NCBI GenBank assembly: GCA_964016885.1
Contig: OZ024740.1
Location: 175,894,001 to 175,958,000, forward strand
DNA: 64,000 nucleotides
Source: Eledone cirrhosa
Lineage: Eukaryota
Direction: 5' to 3'
The stretch's first letter is position 1. Each line of letters begins with the position of its first letter. The notes under the pieces are model-generated. The model saw nothing but the letters and a program-made list of their open reading frames with translations. It ran no database searches and was not told the DNA's origin. The translations under genes were made by a program, and so were the position numbers. Below, piece after piece: positions 26,208-38,565 of the stretch.

Positions 26208-26347
26208 ATATTAAAGATACTATTTATGGTTATGTATATACTATACTATAAACAACTATAAACAGGGAAGGTCAGTAATTTATTACTACCTTATTACCAG
26301 TAAGAGAAATAGCTCAATGTAAGAACATCAGTTGTTTTACAGAGCAG

Positions 26348-26404
<57 letters not shown>

Positions 26405-26409
26405 TATAT

Positions 26410-26530
26410 ATATATTAAAATAACAGATTAAAGTTTTAAGCAAAGAATCGCTGCTTTCACCCTTAACGGGATCTTCTGCAACTAAAAAATCAATCTGTGA
26501 ACGCAGAAGTAAATATTCGAAAAACGTTAC
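26410..26530 (-). mobile_element. PLE pLTR fragment, same family as 35784-36118, with hammerhead-like motif
   Basis: attaaaataacagattaaag...gctttcacccttaacgggatcttctg nearly identical to the left arm at 35789-35910. Confidence 0.7.
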
Positions 26531-26659
26531 ACACTATATATACACACACACACACACTATATACATACATACACACACACACACAGTGACGTCATAATGT
26601 AGTAATGCAGACAGCCAGACATACAGACAGATATTATAAGGGCGCAACGTTATATCTAT

Positions 26660-26878
26660 GTATCTATCTAAAAGGAAAGACTAAGAATTATAGAGAGAGA
26701 TCGCTAAATCGCCTAATGCGGTTCCTAGAGCATGGAAAATTTGAATTTTTTTTACTCAAAACACTCACACGACCATAAGTATTACATGTGTAAACTTTGA
26801 AAATAATCGGCTGGGTGGTTCTCGAATTTTAGGGAGTCAGACAGACAGACAGACATTCTCTGTTTTAGATATATAGAT
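26660..26878 (+). mobile_element. Possible non-autonomous Helitron-like element
   Basis: aaactttgaaaataatcggctgggtggttctcga...(agac)n...ttttagatatatagat layout recalls small rolling-circle elements; not confirmed. Confidence 0.35.
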
Positions 26879-26907
26879 TATGTACGCATCTCCGTCAACA
26901 ATATAAC

Positions 26908-27334
26908 TGTAGTAACTATGGCGACAGTGTGTTGACTATAGCAACGCAGTGTCGCCACCTGTGGGTAACACAAAAAAATAGCGAATTACTTCCCTTATCT
27001 CGGCGTTCTCTAAAAGAAGAGACGCCAATGTAAAACTCAAGAGATTTGGTTTTCAATTCCAGTCACCTTTGTCCTGCCACGTGGACGTACTTTGTAAAAA
27101 CGCCTGTTTTTGACCAAGAGATTTTCATATCTCTTCTCGAATGTAAGAATTAAGCCATTGCCGTTTAGCTTGCAGGGTATGTCCTATGAATGTAATTATT
27201 ATGTCATGTTTTATTAAATGAATCATTTAATAAAAGATTAGCCTTGTTATCGTTAAAGCCCTTCTGTTTTAATTAATAATCTTAGAGAGATGAGATGTCG
27301 TTCACACACCTGGACGATATATCATTTCACTTTA
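26908..27334 (+). repeat. 5' LTR (TG...TA); 3' LTR survives only as 31388-31482
   Basis: gccttgttatcgttaaagccc...gatatatcatttc shared by both ends; followed by PBS. Confidence 0.75.
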
Positions 27335-28012
27335 TTGGTGACCCCGACTAAGAACAACTTTTAAAATTCTCCTGTGTTTAAAATTCTTCTGTATTGCTGA
27401 ATTGTATCTCCTTCTGACCTGCCTTGCAAGCATAGTTAGATAAAAACAAAAAAAAATTATCACAACTCATCCAGCGTTTTATCAACAATGATATATATTT
27501 TATGTACAAAGTGTGCGACGCTGCACATATATATATGGAATTCAGGCCCGTTGTTGTTTGGTATCTTGTCTTTGAGTGAACAATATTTTTCCTTTTGCAT
27601 CAACTTCTCTCTTTAAAAAAAAAAAAAAAAAAAGGATTTCTCTGGATATAAAATTTTGCTTTCAACCTTCTGTTAAAATAACAAAATGGAGACTCAAAAA
27701 TGTTGTTTTCCCGCGTACAGCTTGTCTTCTTCAATCCCAGCCATCTGATTGGCTGCATCGTGCCACATGACGGCTTCTTCATCACAAACACATTTTTCAA
27801 TCAGCCATCTTGGGATTTTCTTACCAAATAATTTTCATGGAAAATAATTTTTTTTATTATGCAAATTTTATTTTGGCCGGCGAGAATTTTCAAAAAGAAT
27901 TTCAGTTGAATTCGCGTGAATAAGATTTTGGATTCCAGTGTCATTTTTTTGGTCGCATAGCTGCTTTGAAGAAATAATTTGGCCTTAAAAATTCATCAAA
28001 TCTTTGGGCATC

Positions 28013-28882
28013 ATGAATCAACATCATTTGCCGTCCTTCGCAGGCGATATCAAGTTATGGTTTTTGCAGCTTGAATGCTATTTTGATTTAACCAAAACCA
28101 AAGAACAGCATAAACTGAAGGTACTAGTTAGTGGCTTGCCTGTGTCGTTGGCATATTCTGTGAAGGATGTGGTAACCAATTTAGCCGCAGACGTTACTTA
28201 TGGCTCGTTGAAAGGGGAAATTATTCGGAGGAATACCAAATCAGCGGAAAGTCGTTTTCGAGAATTGTTAGATGATGCGCAAATGGGTGACAGGACGCCA
28301 AGCTCCTATTTGCGACATCTGCGGGAATTGAGCGACTCCCAGGGGATGGACACCCCATTCCTCAAACAACTATTTTTCTCTCGTTTACCGCCAAGTGCGC
28401 AGATGGTCTTGGTCAATAATTTGGAGAGGGAATCGTTAGATCAACTTGCCGTATCAGCGGATAGAATACTAGAGGTGGACTCTAACAGCAGTCGACATAA
28501 TCCTTGTGTGGCTTCTTCTTCTGTTCCCCCACGCAATTCTTCTGTGGCCGACAGCAAACTGTTGGAGATGATCGAAGCGCTCACCCAAAAAGTGGAGGAT
28601 TTGATCGTACAACACAAAGAGCCTTCTCAACGTTTGATGTACCGTTGGCCTACGTCTGCTATTCCTCGAAACCGCTACGAGTACCGTTCGCCTCCGTCTG
28701 CTATTCCTCGAAACCGCTACGAGTATCGTTCGCCGCCGTCTTCTATTCATCGCCAGCACTACAACGCAGACAACAATAATTCTTCGTTTTGTTGGTATCA
28801 TGCTAACTTCGGCAGTAGGGCACAACGTTGTCGCACGCCCTGTAATTACAAGAGATCAGAAAACGCAAAGCAGAGCCATTAG
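28013..28882 (+). CDS. gag: Gypsy Gag
   Basis: Open frame: [10 protein letters not shown]...[16 protein letters not shown]...[18 protein letters not shown]. Confidence 0.88.
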   Translation: MNQHHLPSFAGDIKLWFLQLECYFDLTKTKEQHKLKVLVSGLPVSLAYSVKDVVTNLAADVTYGSLKGEIIRRNTKSAESRFRELLDDAQMGDRTPSSYLRHLRELSDSQGMDTPFLKQLFFSRLPPSAQMVLVNNLERESLDQLAVSADRILEVDSNSSRHNPCVASSSVPPRNSSVADSKLLEMIEALTQKVEDLIVQHKEPSQRLMYRWPTSAIPRNRYEYRSPPSAIPRNRYEYRSPPSSIHRQHYNADNNNSSFCWYHANFGSRAQRCRTPCNYKRSENAKQSH

Positions 28883-31387
28883 GGGCGGCTAGTGAACTCT
28901 GGGAAAATCGACCGAACCGCCATCTTTTCGTATACGATCTGCGGTCGAAAAATTTTTTCCTTGTCGATACTGGCGCGTCGCTGAGTATTTGGCCAGTCAG
29001 TTATCTAAAAAAAAAACCATCTGAATCAAATATAAATTTACGAGCAGTCAACCACACGGCCATCCGAACGTACGGGCAAATTTCGCTTCCTCTTCGGTTA
29101 AAAAATTTGCGTCGTGAATTGAAGTGGAAGTTTACTATCGCCGACTTGCCATACGCCATTTTGGGAGCGGATTTTCTCCACCATTTTTCCTTGTCGATTG
29201 ACATCCGCAGACAACGACTCTTTGATGCTAATACAGGCCTATCGTTCGAGGGTACAAAGCCGGAGATCGCCACAGTAAGCCCTGCTTTTTTCTTGGCTGA
29301 AGTGGGCAACCAGTATCACAGTTTGTTAAAATCATTCCCACAGCTGACGCAAGGAAGATTACGAATTGCTAGTTCGGATCATGTTATTGAACACTTTATA
29401 TCCACTACAGGTCCACCTGTTTTCTCACTTCCTCGAAGATTATCTGCAGAGAAGTTGAAAGCTGCACGGTCTGAATTCGACCACATGCTGGAATTAGGAA
29501 TAATTCGGCGTTCCACAAGTCCTTGGGCATCGCCTCTACATATGGTACTTAAATCTTCTGGTGATTGGAGACCGACGGGTGACTACCGACGCTTAAACGC
29601 GATTACTGTGCCTGACCGTTATCCAATCCCGCATTTGCAGGATTTCGCTTCTTCATTACAAGGTTGCACAAGTCCAAGTGTGTTTTCGGCTCGACTTCAC
29701 TAACATTTTTAGGCCATCTGATTGACGCCGATGGTATTCGACCTCTTCCTGAGAAGGTTAAGGCAGTATCGGATTTGCCTCCGCCAAGTTCACTGCGACA
29801 ATTGCGTCAATTCTTAGGCCTTGTACATTTTTATAGGCGATTCGTACCTAATTGTTCCAACTTGCTGTTCTCGTTGACAGAAATTTTTAAAAATTGCCGG
29901 CGTAAGAATATGGACATTTCCTTAAATAAAACGCAACTTGAGGATTTAAAAAAAGTGAAAAAGGCGCTAGCGAGCGCGTCTTTGCTCGCCCACCCAGTAC
30001 CCAACGCTGAGCTATCGCTCTGTGTTGATGCGTCGGATACCGCCGTGGGCGCAGTCTTGCAACAGAAGTGCGATGGTTTACAACAACCACTGGAATTTCT
30101 TTCGAGAAAGATAAAGCCTGCCGAAAATCGTTATAGTACTTTCGGGCGTGAGCTTTGAGCAATTTATTTATCTGTGAAACATTTCTCCCATGTTCTGGAC
30201 GGGAGAGCGTTCAGTATTTTCACAGATCACAAACCGTTGATTTTCGCTTTAAGATCAAAATCTGACAAATATTCGCCTAGGGAAACTAGACACCTGGATT
30301 TTGTTTCCCAATACACCAATGATATTCAACATATTCCGGGTGCTTTGAACACTGCGGCAGACGCCTTGTCTCGTCTCCCGATAGCTTCGATCTCGTCGTC
30401 TAACGATATAGATTTGCGTCAAATGGCCATTGACCAACCCTCGCTTGAATCATTGGATTGCACATCGCCGGAGTTCATTAACTGCAATATGAAATACCTT
30501 CCTTTATCAACCGCTGACGGACAGATACTTTGTGATATCTCATTGGACTCACCACGACCTCTCGTCCCAGTTGGTCATCGACGAACTGTATTTCTCGCTT
30601 TGCATAGCATTTCTCACCCAGGAGCTACAGCCTCTGTTAAACTCATAACAGCCAGATTTTTCTGGCCTGATATGAGACGTGACATTGCTGCTTGGTGCCG
30701 TTCCTGTGTCGCTTGCCAAAAGTCAAAAGTTCATAAGCACGTTAAAACTCCTCTCGGAACTTTCACCTGTCCTGATGCCAGATTTCGTCACATTCATGTG
30801 GACATCGTCGGCCCGTGACCGATTAGTCGTGGTTATTCGTATATTTTGACGATCGTTGACCGTTTTTCGCGTTGGCCTGAAGCCATCCCTATGACAGATA
30901 TCACTGCTGAAACGACAGCGCGTACTCTCGTATATGCATGGATCGCTCGTTTTGGAGTACCAACCACAATAACAACAGACCGCGGTCGTCAATTTGAATC
31001 GAACCTCTTCCGTGAATTAATACAAATTATTGGCGCTACTCGCATAAGAACCACGGCATATCATCCAGCATCAAACGGAATGGTGGAAAGATTTCACAGA
31101 CAGCTTAAAGCCTCTTTAAGGGCTTCAATGGACTCTTCACGTTGGAGTGAGTACCTACCTATTGTGTTGTTAGGTATTTGGTCGACAATAAAGGTGGACC
31201 TTGGGTTCTCCCCGGCCGAATTGATTTATGGTGCTCCTCTTGCGTTACCGGGGCAAATGCTTGCTCCTGTTGATCTTGCTTCGCAGGATCCCGCTTCCTA
31301 CGTGCCCCGGCTTCATTCTTACTTCCAGAATTTACCACCGATGGACACTAGGAAGCAAACTGTAAAAACTGCCGTCCCAAGGGATAT
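28883..31387 (+). pseudogene. pol: Gypsy Pol (protease, RT with catalytic core deleted, RNase H, integrase), with stops
   Basis: [53 protein letters not shown]...[30 protein letters not shown]; no YxDD because of the junction at ~29670. Confidence 0.9.
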
Positions 31388-31675
31388 TGCCTTGTTATCG
31401 TTAAAGCCCTTCTGTTTTAATTAATAATCTTAGAGAGATGAGATGTCGTTCACACACCTGGACGATATATCATTTCTCTTTATAACTATACTAGCCTTAT
31501 TTCTCTCAATATTTTTCATACCTTTAATATATAGCTTTTATTTAGATTTATGTAGATTTTATTTTTCTTCTCGCGTCTCAAGGTCACGTCTATATAGTCT
31601 GCTCCTGTCATTTTGTCACGTGAAACAGTGCGTTGTCCTTCCAATGTATCGCCATATAGTCGCACACACATGCTG

Positions 31676-31711
<36 letters not shown>

Positions 31712-32208
31712 CTCTCTCTCTCTCTTACTCTCTCTCTCTTACTCTCTCTCTCTTTCTCTCTTATTTGGCTAGATTTCTCACTTCCTCATTCAACAGTCGC
31801 TTACAAACTAGCTTTTTCTTTACTCCCAGCATTTATCAATCTTTTCTTCATGTTGTCTTCAGAACTCACACATATACTTTTACGCACATGTCACATAAAT
31901 ACGTCTGGTTTTATGATATATATTATTCATAAGCACAATATCCGATCATAAATATGCATTGATACAAGCGCTACATACTTCTCATATTTGTTTGTTGTTG
32001 ACATTTTTTTCTCTTTCTGAGCAATCCTGCTTTATCTCACAATGTTCGAAAACACAAAACAGATTTTAATTCAATGACTTCATATTTCATATTTGTTCTT
32101 TCATTTTGTTTTTGCTTTCTTGGTCATATACGTAATCTACAACAATAATTCTTAAGAATCTACAAAAGCAGCCGCAACAACTACAATTTCATTATGATTA
32201 TAACAATA

Positions 32209-32395
32209 GGGCGGTGAATTGGCAGTATCGGTAGAGGCTCGGACGCCATGCTTTGACGCATAGAGTTACGGCCCTTCTCATTCTGAGTTCAAATCCTGCC
32301 GAAGTTAACTTTGCTTTTCATCCTTACGGGATCGATTAAAATAAGTACCAGTAATGTATTGGGTAATTACTGGCCTTGTGCCAATAGTAGAAACA
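32209..32395 (+). mobile_element. Full-length tRNA-headed SINE with 18-bp TSD attatgattataacaata
   Basis: A box tggcagtatcggtagag, B box gagttcaaatcc, central ...ttcatccttacgggatcgat...aagtaccag domain, tail ggccttgtgccaatagtagaaaca; TSD 32191-32208 / 32396-32413. Confidence 0.9.
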
Positions 32396-32470
32396 ATTAT
32401 GATTATAACAATAACATTACCACTACGACCACTGTTGCTGTTACTATAAATCATTATTTCTAACAGACAA

Positions 32471-32652
32471 GGGCGGTGAATTGGCAGTATCGGTAGAGGG
32501 TCAGACATGCTTTCCAGCATAGTTACGTCCCTTTACGATCTGAGTTCAAATCCTGCCGAGGTTAACTTTGCCTTTCATCCTTACGGGGTCGATAAAATAA
32601 AGTACCAGTAATGTACTGGGTAACTGCTGGCCTTGTGCCTAAAATAGAAACA
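32471..32652 (+). mobile_element. Full-length SINE, TSD attatttctaaca(g/c)acaa
   Basis: Same structure; TSD at 32453-32470 and 32653-32670, with a stuttered tail and a further copy to 32720. Confidence 0.9.
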
Positions 32653-32720
32653 ATTATTTCTAACACACAAATAGTAGAAACAATTAGAAACAATTAGAAA
32701 CAATTATTTCTAACAGACAA

Positions 32721-32889
32721 AGGGAAGATCTTTGAAGGTTCGACATCACCTTGGAGGATGCTGAGGTGCTGGCACGGGATGACAGTGATGGCGGGCGCTG
32801 ATGGACTTTGTTGGCTCTATGCACGACGATGCTTTGAGATCGCTGGCTTAGGATGACCTCGGCCTCGTCGAGCAAGAAGAAGAAGAAGC
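32721..32889 (+). mobile_element. 3' end of an RTE-like LINE with (AAG)n tail
   Basis: DITLEDAEVLARD..WRALMD-like terminal coding remnant followed by aagaagaagaagaag. Confidence 0.5.
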
Positions 32890-33431
32890 AGAGTCAGTAA
32901 TTTGGAGCAGAGAAATGTCAGTTTAATCGATACCAGTACTGGATTGGTTCGTTTTTTTATCGATATCGAAAGGATGAAAGGAAAAGTTGACCTTAGCTAT
33001 TAGTGATTTCTAATTTAAGAACAAGGCCAATAATTTAGGGTGGTGTCCATTATATTGACTCCAATATAGGATTGGCTCCTTTTTCTATCGAAAGGATGAA
33101 AAGCAATAATGACCATGGCTGGATTTAAACTCAGAATGTAAAATACTACAGACTCTGCAGTGATGATTATTTATAACATAAGAACAAGGCCACAAATTCG
33201 AAAGGAGGAGTTAATCGATGAAATTGATTTCAGTACTTATTTTATAAACTCCGAAAGGATGAAAATAAAGGTTGACCTGGGTGAGACTTGAACTCGGAAC
33301 ATAAACAACCATTACAAAACGTGCACAGCTTGTTGTCCAACATTCTAAAGACTCAGCTAATTCGTACAAATTTGATGACATTCTTTAAAAGAACAATGAA
33401 GTGGCAGAGAATCCTTACAGTTTCTAATAAT

Positions 33432-33619
33432 TGTTTTTACTTTTGGAACAAGGCCAGCAATTATCCCAGTACATTACTGGCACTTTATTTTATCGACCCC
33501 GTAATGATGAAAGGCAAAGTTGACCTCTGCGTGATTTGAACTCAGACGATAAAGGGCCGTAACTCTATGCTGCAAAACATGGCGTCAGACACTCTACCGA
33601 TACTGCCAATCCACCACCC
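33432..33619 (-). mobile_element. Full-length SINE, ~17-bp TSD tta(c/t)ag(t/g)ttctaataat; older decayed copies at 32920-33400
   Basis: Reverse complement of the 32209 element, with the TSD on both sides. Confidence 0.87.
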
Positions 33620-34899
33620 TTATAGGTTCTAATAATACGATTAGTGTAAGACCCAACTTCACTTGAATGACTATGTTGCTCATCAGGTGACATAGGATAG
33701 ATGGAAGAGAATAAACAGGCTCCATAACCCATCTCCTTATCTGCCTGCCTCGAGCATTTCGAATCTATTATTTATTTTTGATCATTCCCAACTGATGATA
33801 ATGGTTGCTATAGCAATTTGATGTATGCGTATTTCAGAAACAGGCTAGTTAAGGAAAAAACATCAATCTTTCGTCATGGTTTGAATTGTTTCAGCCCTAC
33901 ATTTGAAAAGAGGGTAATAGCTCTAAAATACCATATTGATATACACCGGATAAAATATTACTCTTTTCTGTGTTATTTGTCATCATTCGCCTTTTGTATT
34001 TTTTTACTGCGTTGTACTGGATTTTTTAAAATTATAGTCTTTTATTATATACCTCACAATGCTTCGTATTAACCACACTAGTTTATTATTGTTGTTGTTG
34101 TTGTTTCAAATACCAGGGGTCAATTAATAAATTATCAATCAGGTAGTGGTGTCGATCTCCTACAGTCTAAAAAAGGGTTCAATATACAAAACAAACAAAT
34201 ATTGACTACAATATGCTAGAAAAGAATATAGAGATAGTCACGATCAGGACGATGGTTAAACGATAATATCAGCACGTGCGGCTGGGTCTGAATAAAGCGA
34301 GCTCTAAAATCCCCGTAATAGAATGTCAACAAGATATTTACACAAATACAAACAGACATCACAATTTATAAATGCCTCGGAGAAATATACCACTTTACAA
34401 GGAAAAGAACTATGGCAACAACAACTGTAACAATAATAAAGATGCAGACACGAAGTATCATTGTTATCTCCCTTCCCATCATTATAGATCTGCACAAAAT
34501 ACATTTAAAAATAAACGGTTAAACACAAAAATACACTTTGTAACAAGACACAAAAAATATTTAAGAATTCAGTATCACCACGTTAACAGCATTAAAAACA
34601 TATTTATGAAGCTAAGATTCATAAGCAGACACGAAATTCATGTAACAATACTTCTGAAAAAATTAAATCTGTTGCAACACGGAACTTCAACATTCCGAAG
34701 TAAAGTCAAATCAACCCAGACTGGCGCTTTCACAGCAGAGCCAATCTGATTACACATATAAAATGCGTATTAAGTATATAGATATTTCCATTCCTAAACT
34801 AAAGGGAAACGGCATTATAGTAAAAAGAATATGATATAGCAATACAATGCTCATTACTAACTCCTCCTCGTTTGAGTGTGAATATATATATATATATAT

Positions 34900-35040
34900 T
34901 GAAACGATAACAAGGACGATTGGTTACTCCTTCATTAAATTTATTAGTTGGTGACGCGCGTTTCGCCACTGATCAGCTCAAGGTTCGATCTGTATCGATC
35001 TTACCCGACTCTGTAATCCGCAGCTCGACGGACCCCTTAA
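34900..35040 (-). mobile_element. PLE pLTR remnant with hammerhead 3' half GAAAC-GCGC-GUC
   Basis: gtgacgcgcgtttcg...aaggttcgatctgtatcga shared with 51330-51545. Confidence 0.5.
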
Positions 35041-35093
35041 AATGCTAGTAGAAAATCCAAGTTACTCCAGTAACTCCAAGTTACACGCCCTAG

Positions 35094-35124
<31 letters not shown>

Positions 35125-35195
35125 AATATATATATATATATGTGTGAAGATATGTATATGTGAAGATAGATATATATATATATATGTGAATATAT

Positions 35196-35239
<44 letters not shown>

Positions 35240-35242
<3 letters not shown>

Positions 35243-35358
35243 GGCGTGTGGCTGAGTGGTTAGAGAATTGGATTCGCAATCGTGAAGTTGTGAGTTCGAT
35301 TCCTGTACCAGGCGATGCGTTATGTCCTTGAGCAAGACACTTTATTTCACGTTGCTCC
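35240..35358 (+). mobile_element. tRNA-headed SINE of a second family, 5' part
   Basis: gtggctgagtggttag (A box), gagttcgattcc (B box), tgtccttgagcaagacacttt central motif. Confidence 0.75.
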
Positions 35359-35559
35359 TTCTACCTGGAGTTGCGACTGATAGATAGTATTAGCAATTGG
35401 AAAGACCAACGGAAACATTGTTTCCTCGGTCCGATTTGACGAAAGTCGATCGCTCCTAAAATATATATATATAATAGTAGAACACTGGTGGGTTACATCC
35501 GTAGTAATAGAGCATTCAGTCCGTGGGACGAGCTTGGTAGATGTAGTTTCACAACAGTT

Positions 35560-35670
35560 AGTTCACCATAGCGAGAACAATTGTTTCACCTTATTCGGAT
35601 GATCAGCTCAGACTAAATCCAAGCTGATAATCCAAATAAGGTGAAAAAATTGTTCTCCGTATGGTGAACT
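35560..35670. repeat. Small inverted pair of hammerhead-like pLTR ends
   Basis: agttcaccata...gtttcaccttattcggatgatcagct / agctgataatccaaataaggtgaaaaaattg...tatggtgaact. Confidence 0.6.
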
Positions 35671-35687
35671 TCTCTCTCTCTCTCGCT

Positions 35688-35718
<31 letters not shown>

Positions 35719-35740
35719 CGCTCTCGCTCTCTCTCTCTCC

Positions 35741-35783
<43 letters not shown>

Positions 35784-35790
<7 letters not shown>

Positions 35791-36118
35791 TAAAATAACA
35801 GATTAAATTTTAAGCAAAGAATCTCTGCTTTCACCCTTAACTGGATCTTCTGAAACTAACAAAGTCAATCTGTGAACGCAGAAGTGAATATTTCAAAAAA
35901 ACGTTGCAACCGGAGGAAGACAGGAAGACGATACTTTGGTTCGTGGAAACGTTCCCTATACAAATAAGTAACGTCTTCCTGTCTTCCTCTGGTTGTAACG
36001 TTTTTTGAAATATTCACTTCTGCGTTCACAGATTGACTTTGTTAGTTTCAGAAGATCCCGTTAAGGGTGAAAGCAGCGATTCTTTGCTTAAACTTTAATC
36101 TGTCATTTTAATAAATAT
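35784..36118. repeat. ~145-bp inverted repeat of PLE-like pLTR ends, each with a CAGAAGA-core hammerhead-like motif
   Basis: Arms ~35784-35930 and ~35972-36118 are reverse complements; motif at 36044-36094. Confidence 0.75.
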
Positions 36119-36223
36119 TTGCTCTACGGTTCTTATATATTTGATATATATTTATGCTTATCGATCTCTCTTTGGATTTTAGTCTTCAAATTTATTATTA
36201 TTACTATATATATATATATATGT

Positions 36224-36659
36224 ACTGCCAACCATAACAACGAAACCCACAGTAAAAAAATGCGATAGACCCAACTGTGACATTTGCATCAACCTAATAG
36301 AGGGTTCAGAATTCTATTTCAAAGAAGGACAACGTTTTATAGTAAAACACAATTTCACATGTGCATCGGAAAATCTAATATATGTATTAACTTGCTCAGG
36401 TTGTCGAGAACAATACATAGGCCAGACTAAAATCAGCCTCCGCCAACGCATGACTGTCCATAGATCCCAAATTAAAATACGGGAATACAGGAAAATACCA
36501 CTGAGTGAACACATTGATACCTGTGCCGCCCAAAATCATCCCATCTTCAGAAACTTTCCCCTCTACAAATTTAAAGATAATGCCACCCACACCCAGCGCA
36601 TCAGCAAGGAATCTTACTTTATTAACAAATACGGACCCCGTCTAAACACTTCTCCCTAA
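36224..36659 (+). pseudogene. Penelope-like element GIY-YIG endonuclease (5'-truncated copy); CA-rich 3' region runs to ~37890
   Basis: CDRPNCDIC...FTCASENLIYVLTCSGCREQYIGQTKISLRQRMTVH...ESYFINKYGPRLN; degenerate hammerhead ttgaaaa-gcatt..aatgc-gcaac-cg-gta at ~37740-37775. Confidence 0.85.
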
Positions 36660-37036
36660 GACGAACCCACAACATACACACGTCAACATACATACCTACA
36701 TCAGCACACATCTCTACCCACATATAAACACAATGACATACGTAAACACACATGTACTATGGTGCAACACAAAAAAATATATATATATGTATATATATAT
36801 ATATAGTGAATACATGTATATATATATATAGTGAATATCATTTCACACCTTTTATTGTTAAGGTTTTTGATGTTCTATTGAGAGAATCGATTTTACTGAA
36901 AATATCGAATAATGTACACCATTTTACCAGGAAAAAAATACTGGTCCCCCCCCACACACACACACATTCTCACACACGCACACACATATATATACACACA
37001 CACATACACACGCGTACATTAACATACAAAGAGACT

Positions 37037-37065
<29 letters not shown>

Positions 37066-37067
<2 letters not shown>

Positions 37068-37304
37068 TTCTCCGTATAAGACAAGAGCTGAAAAATATCT
37101 TAACATGTTAAAATACCCCCCACTCCCTTACAGACACATTCCTACTGACCATCCCTCTACCACGAATTACTCTGCTACACACACACACACACACTTCTCC
37201 GTATAAGACAAGAGCTGAAAAATATCTTTTGACATGTTAAAATATCCCCCACTCCCTTACAGACACATTCCTACTGACCATCCCTCTACCACGAATTATT
37301 CTGC

Positions 37305-37308
<4 letters not shown>
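37066..37308 (+). repeat. Tandem duplication of a ~115-bp unit separated by (CA)n
   Basis: acttctccgtataagacaagagctg...ccacgaatta(c/t)tctgcta occurs twice. Confidence 0.85.
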
Positions 37309-37394
<86 letters not shown>

Positions 37395-37904
37395 TTTTAA
37401 TAGGCATTTGAACTGTCAACAGGTTGCGGTTCGCACACACATCCCTGCTAACCATTATCACAACAACGAACACTTTACTACTACTACACACACACACACA
37501 CACACATATTTGTTGGGAAAGAGTCATTTCTCAGTCTTGGCGCAAAATCAATTTTTTACATTCACATGACCTCTACCGACCAATCAAAATTGTTTTGACC
37601 ACAAGAATTTTTGCAACACGAATTGGCGCAAAAAATAATTTTAATAGCGCTGGAGCCATTTTTTTAACATAAAAACAGGTAGAATTCCCAAAACTAATCA
37701 GATCAGAGCAAACATCACAGACGCTCTATCTCAAAATTATTTTTGAAAAGCATTTAGAAATGCGCAACCGGTAAAACTTAAAACCCAAACTGAATACTAA
37801 CCAATACAATTACTAATTCTCATTTATTCCTAATTAAACTATTTTTCACTGTGAACAATTTGTCAGCATTTTCTATTCCGTTTACCAATATATATATATA
37901 TATA

Positions 37905-38565
37905 TATAGATATTTCAGTAGGTATTAAGTACCCACGGAAATATATATGGTGTCTATAATAGTGGTTGTTCTATGGTACTAATTTGAGATACCAGAACTG
38001 TAAATATGAGCGGAACAAGTGAACATTAAACAATCTTTTAAATAGATTAAAATACGATTTAAATGTTTACCTCTTCTAATGCCATGAACGACGGTTTCGC
38101 TTATTAAAAGATTGGAAATTCAGAGAATTTCCAATGGAAAGATATAGCTCTTCTGATAGCTTTTCCAAACCTACTAGACATAAATCCACGTAGATGTAGA
38201 TGTTTGCTTGTTCCGCTCATATTTACAGTTCTGGTATCTCAAATTAGTACCATAGAACAACTACTATTATAGACACTATATATATTTCCATGGGTACTTA
38301 ATACCTACTGGAATATCTATATCATTTATCTGAATTCTCCTTAATGTAGAGAAAAAAATGTTGTATAATGCTGCTATTTCTAGTAACATGAAATATCAAC
38401 GAGTCTATAATTCCCGCTTTTTCTAACGGCCCATTTGTGTGTGAGTCATTTTAACGGCTTGATTCATTCAGCGGGCAGAAAGCGATACATCTACATCTAC
38501 GTGGATTTATGTCTAGTAGGTTTGGAAAAGCTATCTGAAGAGCTATATCTTTCTATTGGAAATAC
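37905..38565. repeat. Nested inverted repeats of a hammerhead-bearing pLTR family
   Basis: 37905-38020 vs 38206-38320 inverted; 38127-38203 vs 38487-38563 inverted; C(U/A)GAAGA-GC...GC-GAAAC-CGUC-GUU on the minus strand at ~38085-38160. Confidence 0.65.

Larger units (their letters stand above)
26908..31482 (+). mobile_element. Gypsy/Ty3 LTR retrotransposon, internally deleted; 4-bp TSD TAAC
   Basis: gag-PR-RT-RH-INT order; PBS tggtgaccccgac at 27336; last ~95 bp of the 5' LTR repeated at 31388-31482; taac at 26904-26907 and 31483-31486. Confidence 0.92.

Noticed and set aside
28656-28747. 39-bp tandem repeat in gag ([14 protein letters not shown])
   Set aside because: An in-frame duplication in a variable Gag linker; common and unremarkable.
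32209-32300. tRNA genes at the A/B-box sequences
   Set aside because: No cloverleaf; they are SINE heads followed by body, tail and TSDs.
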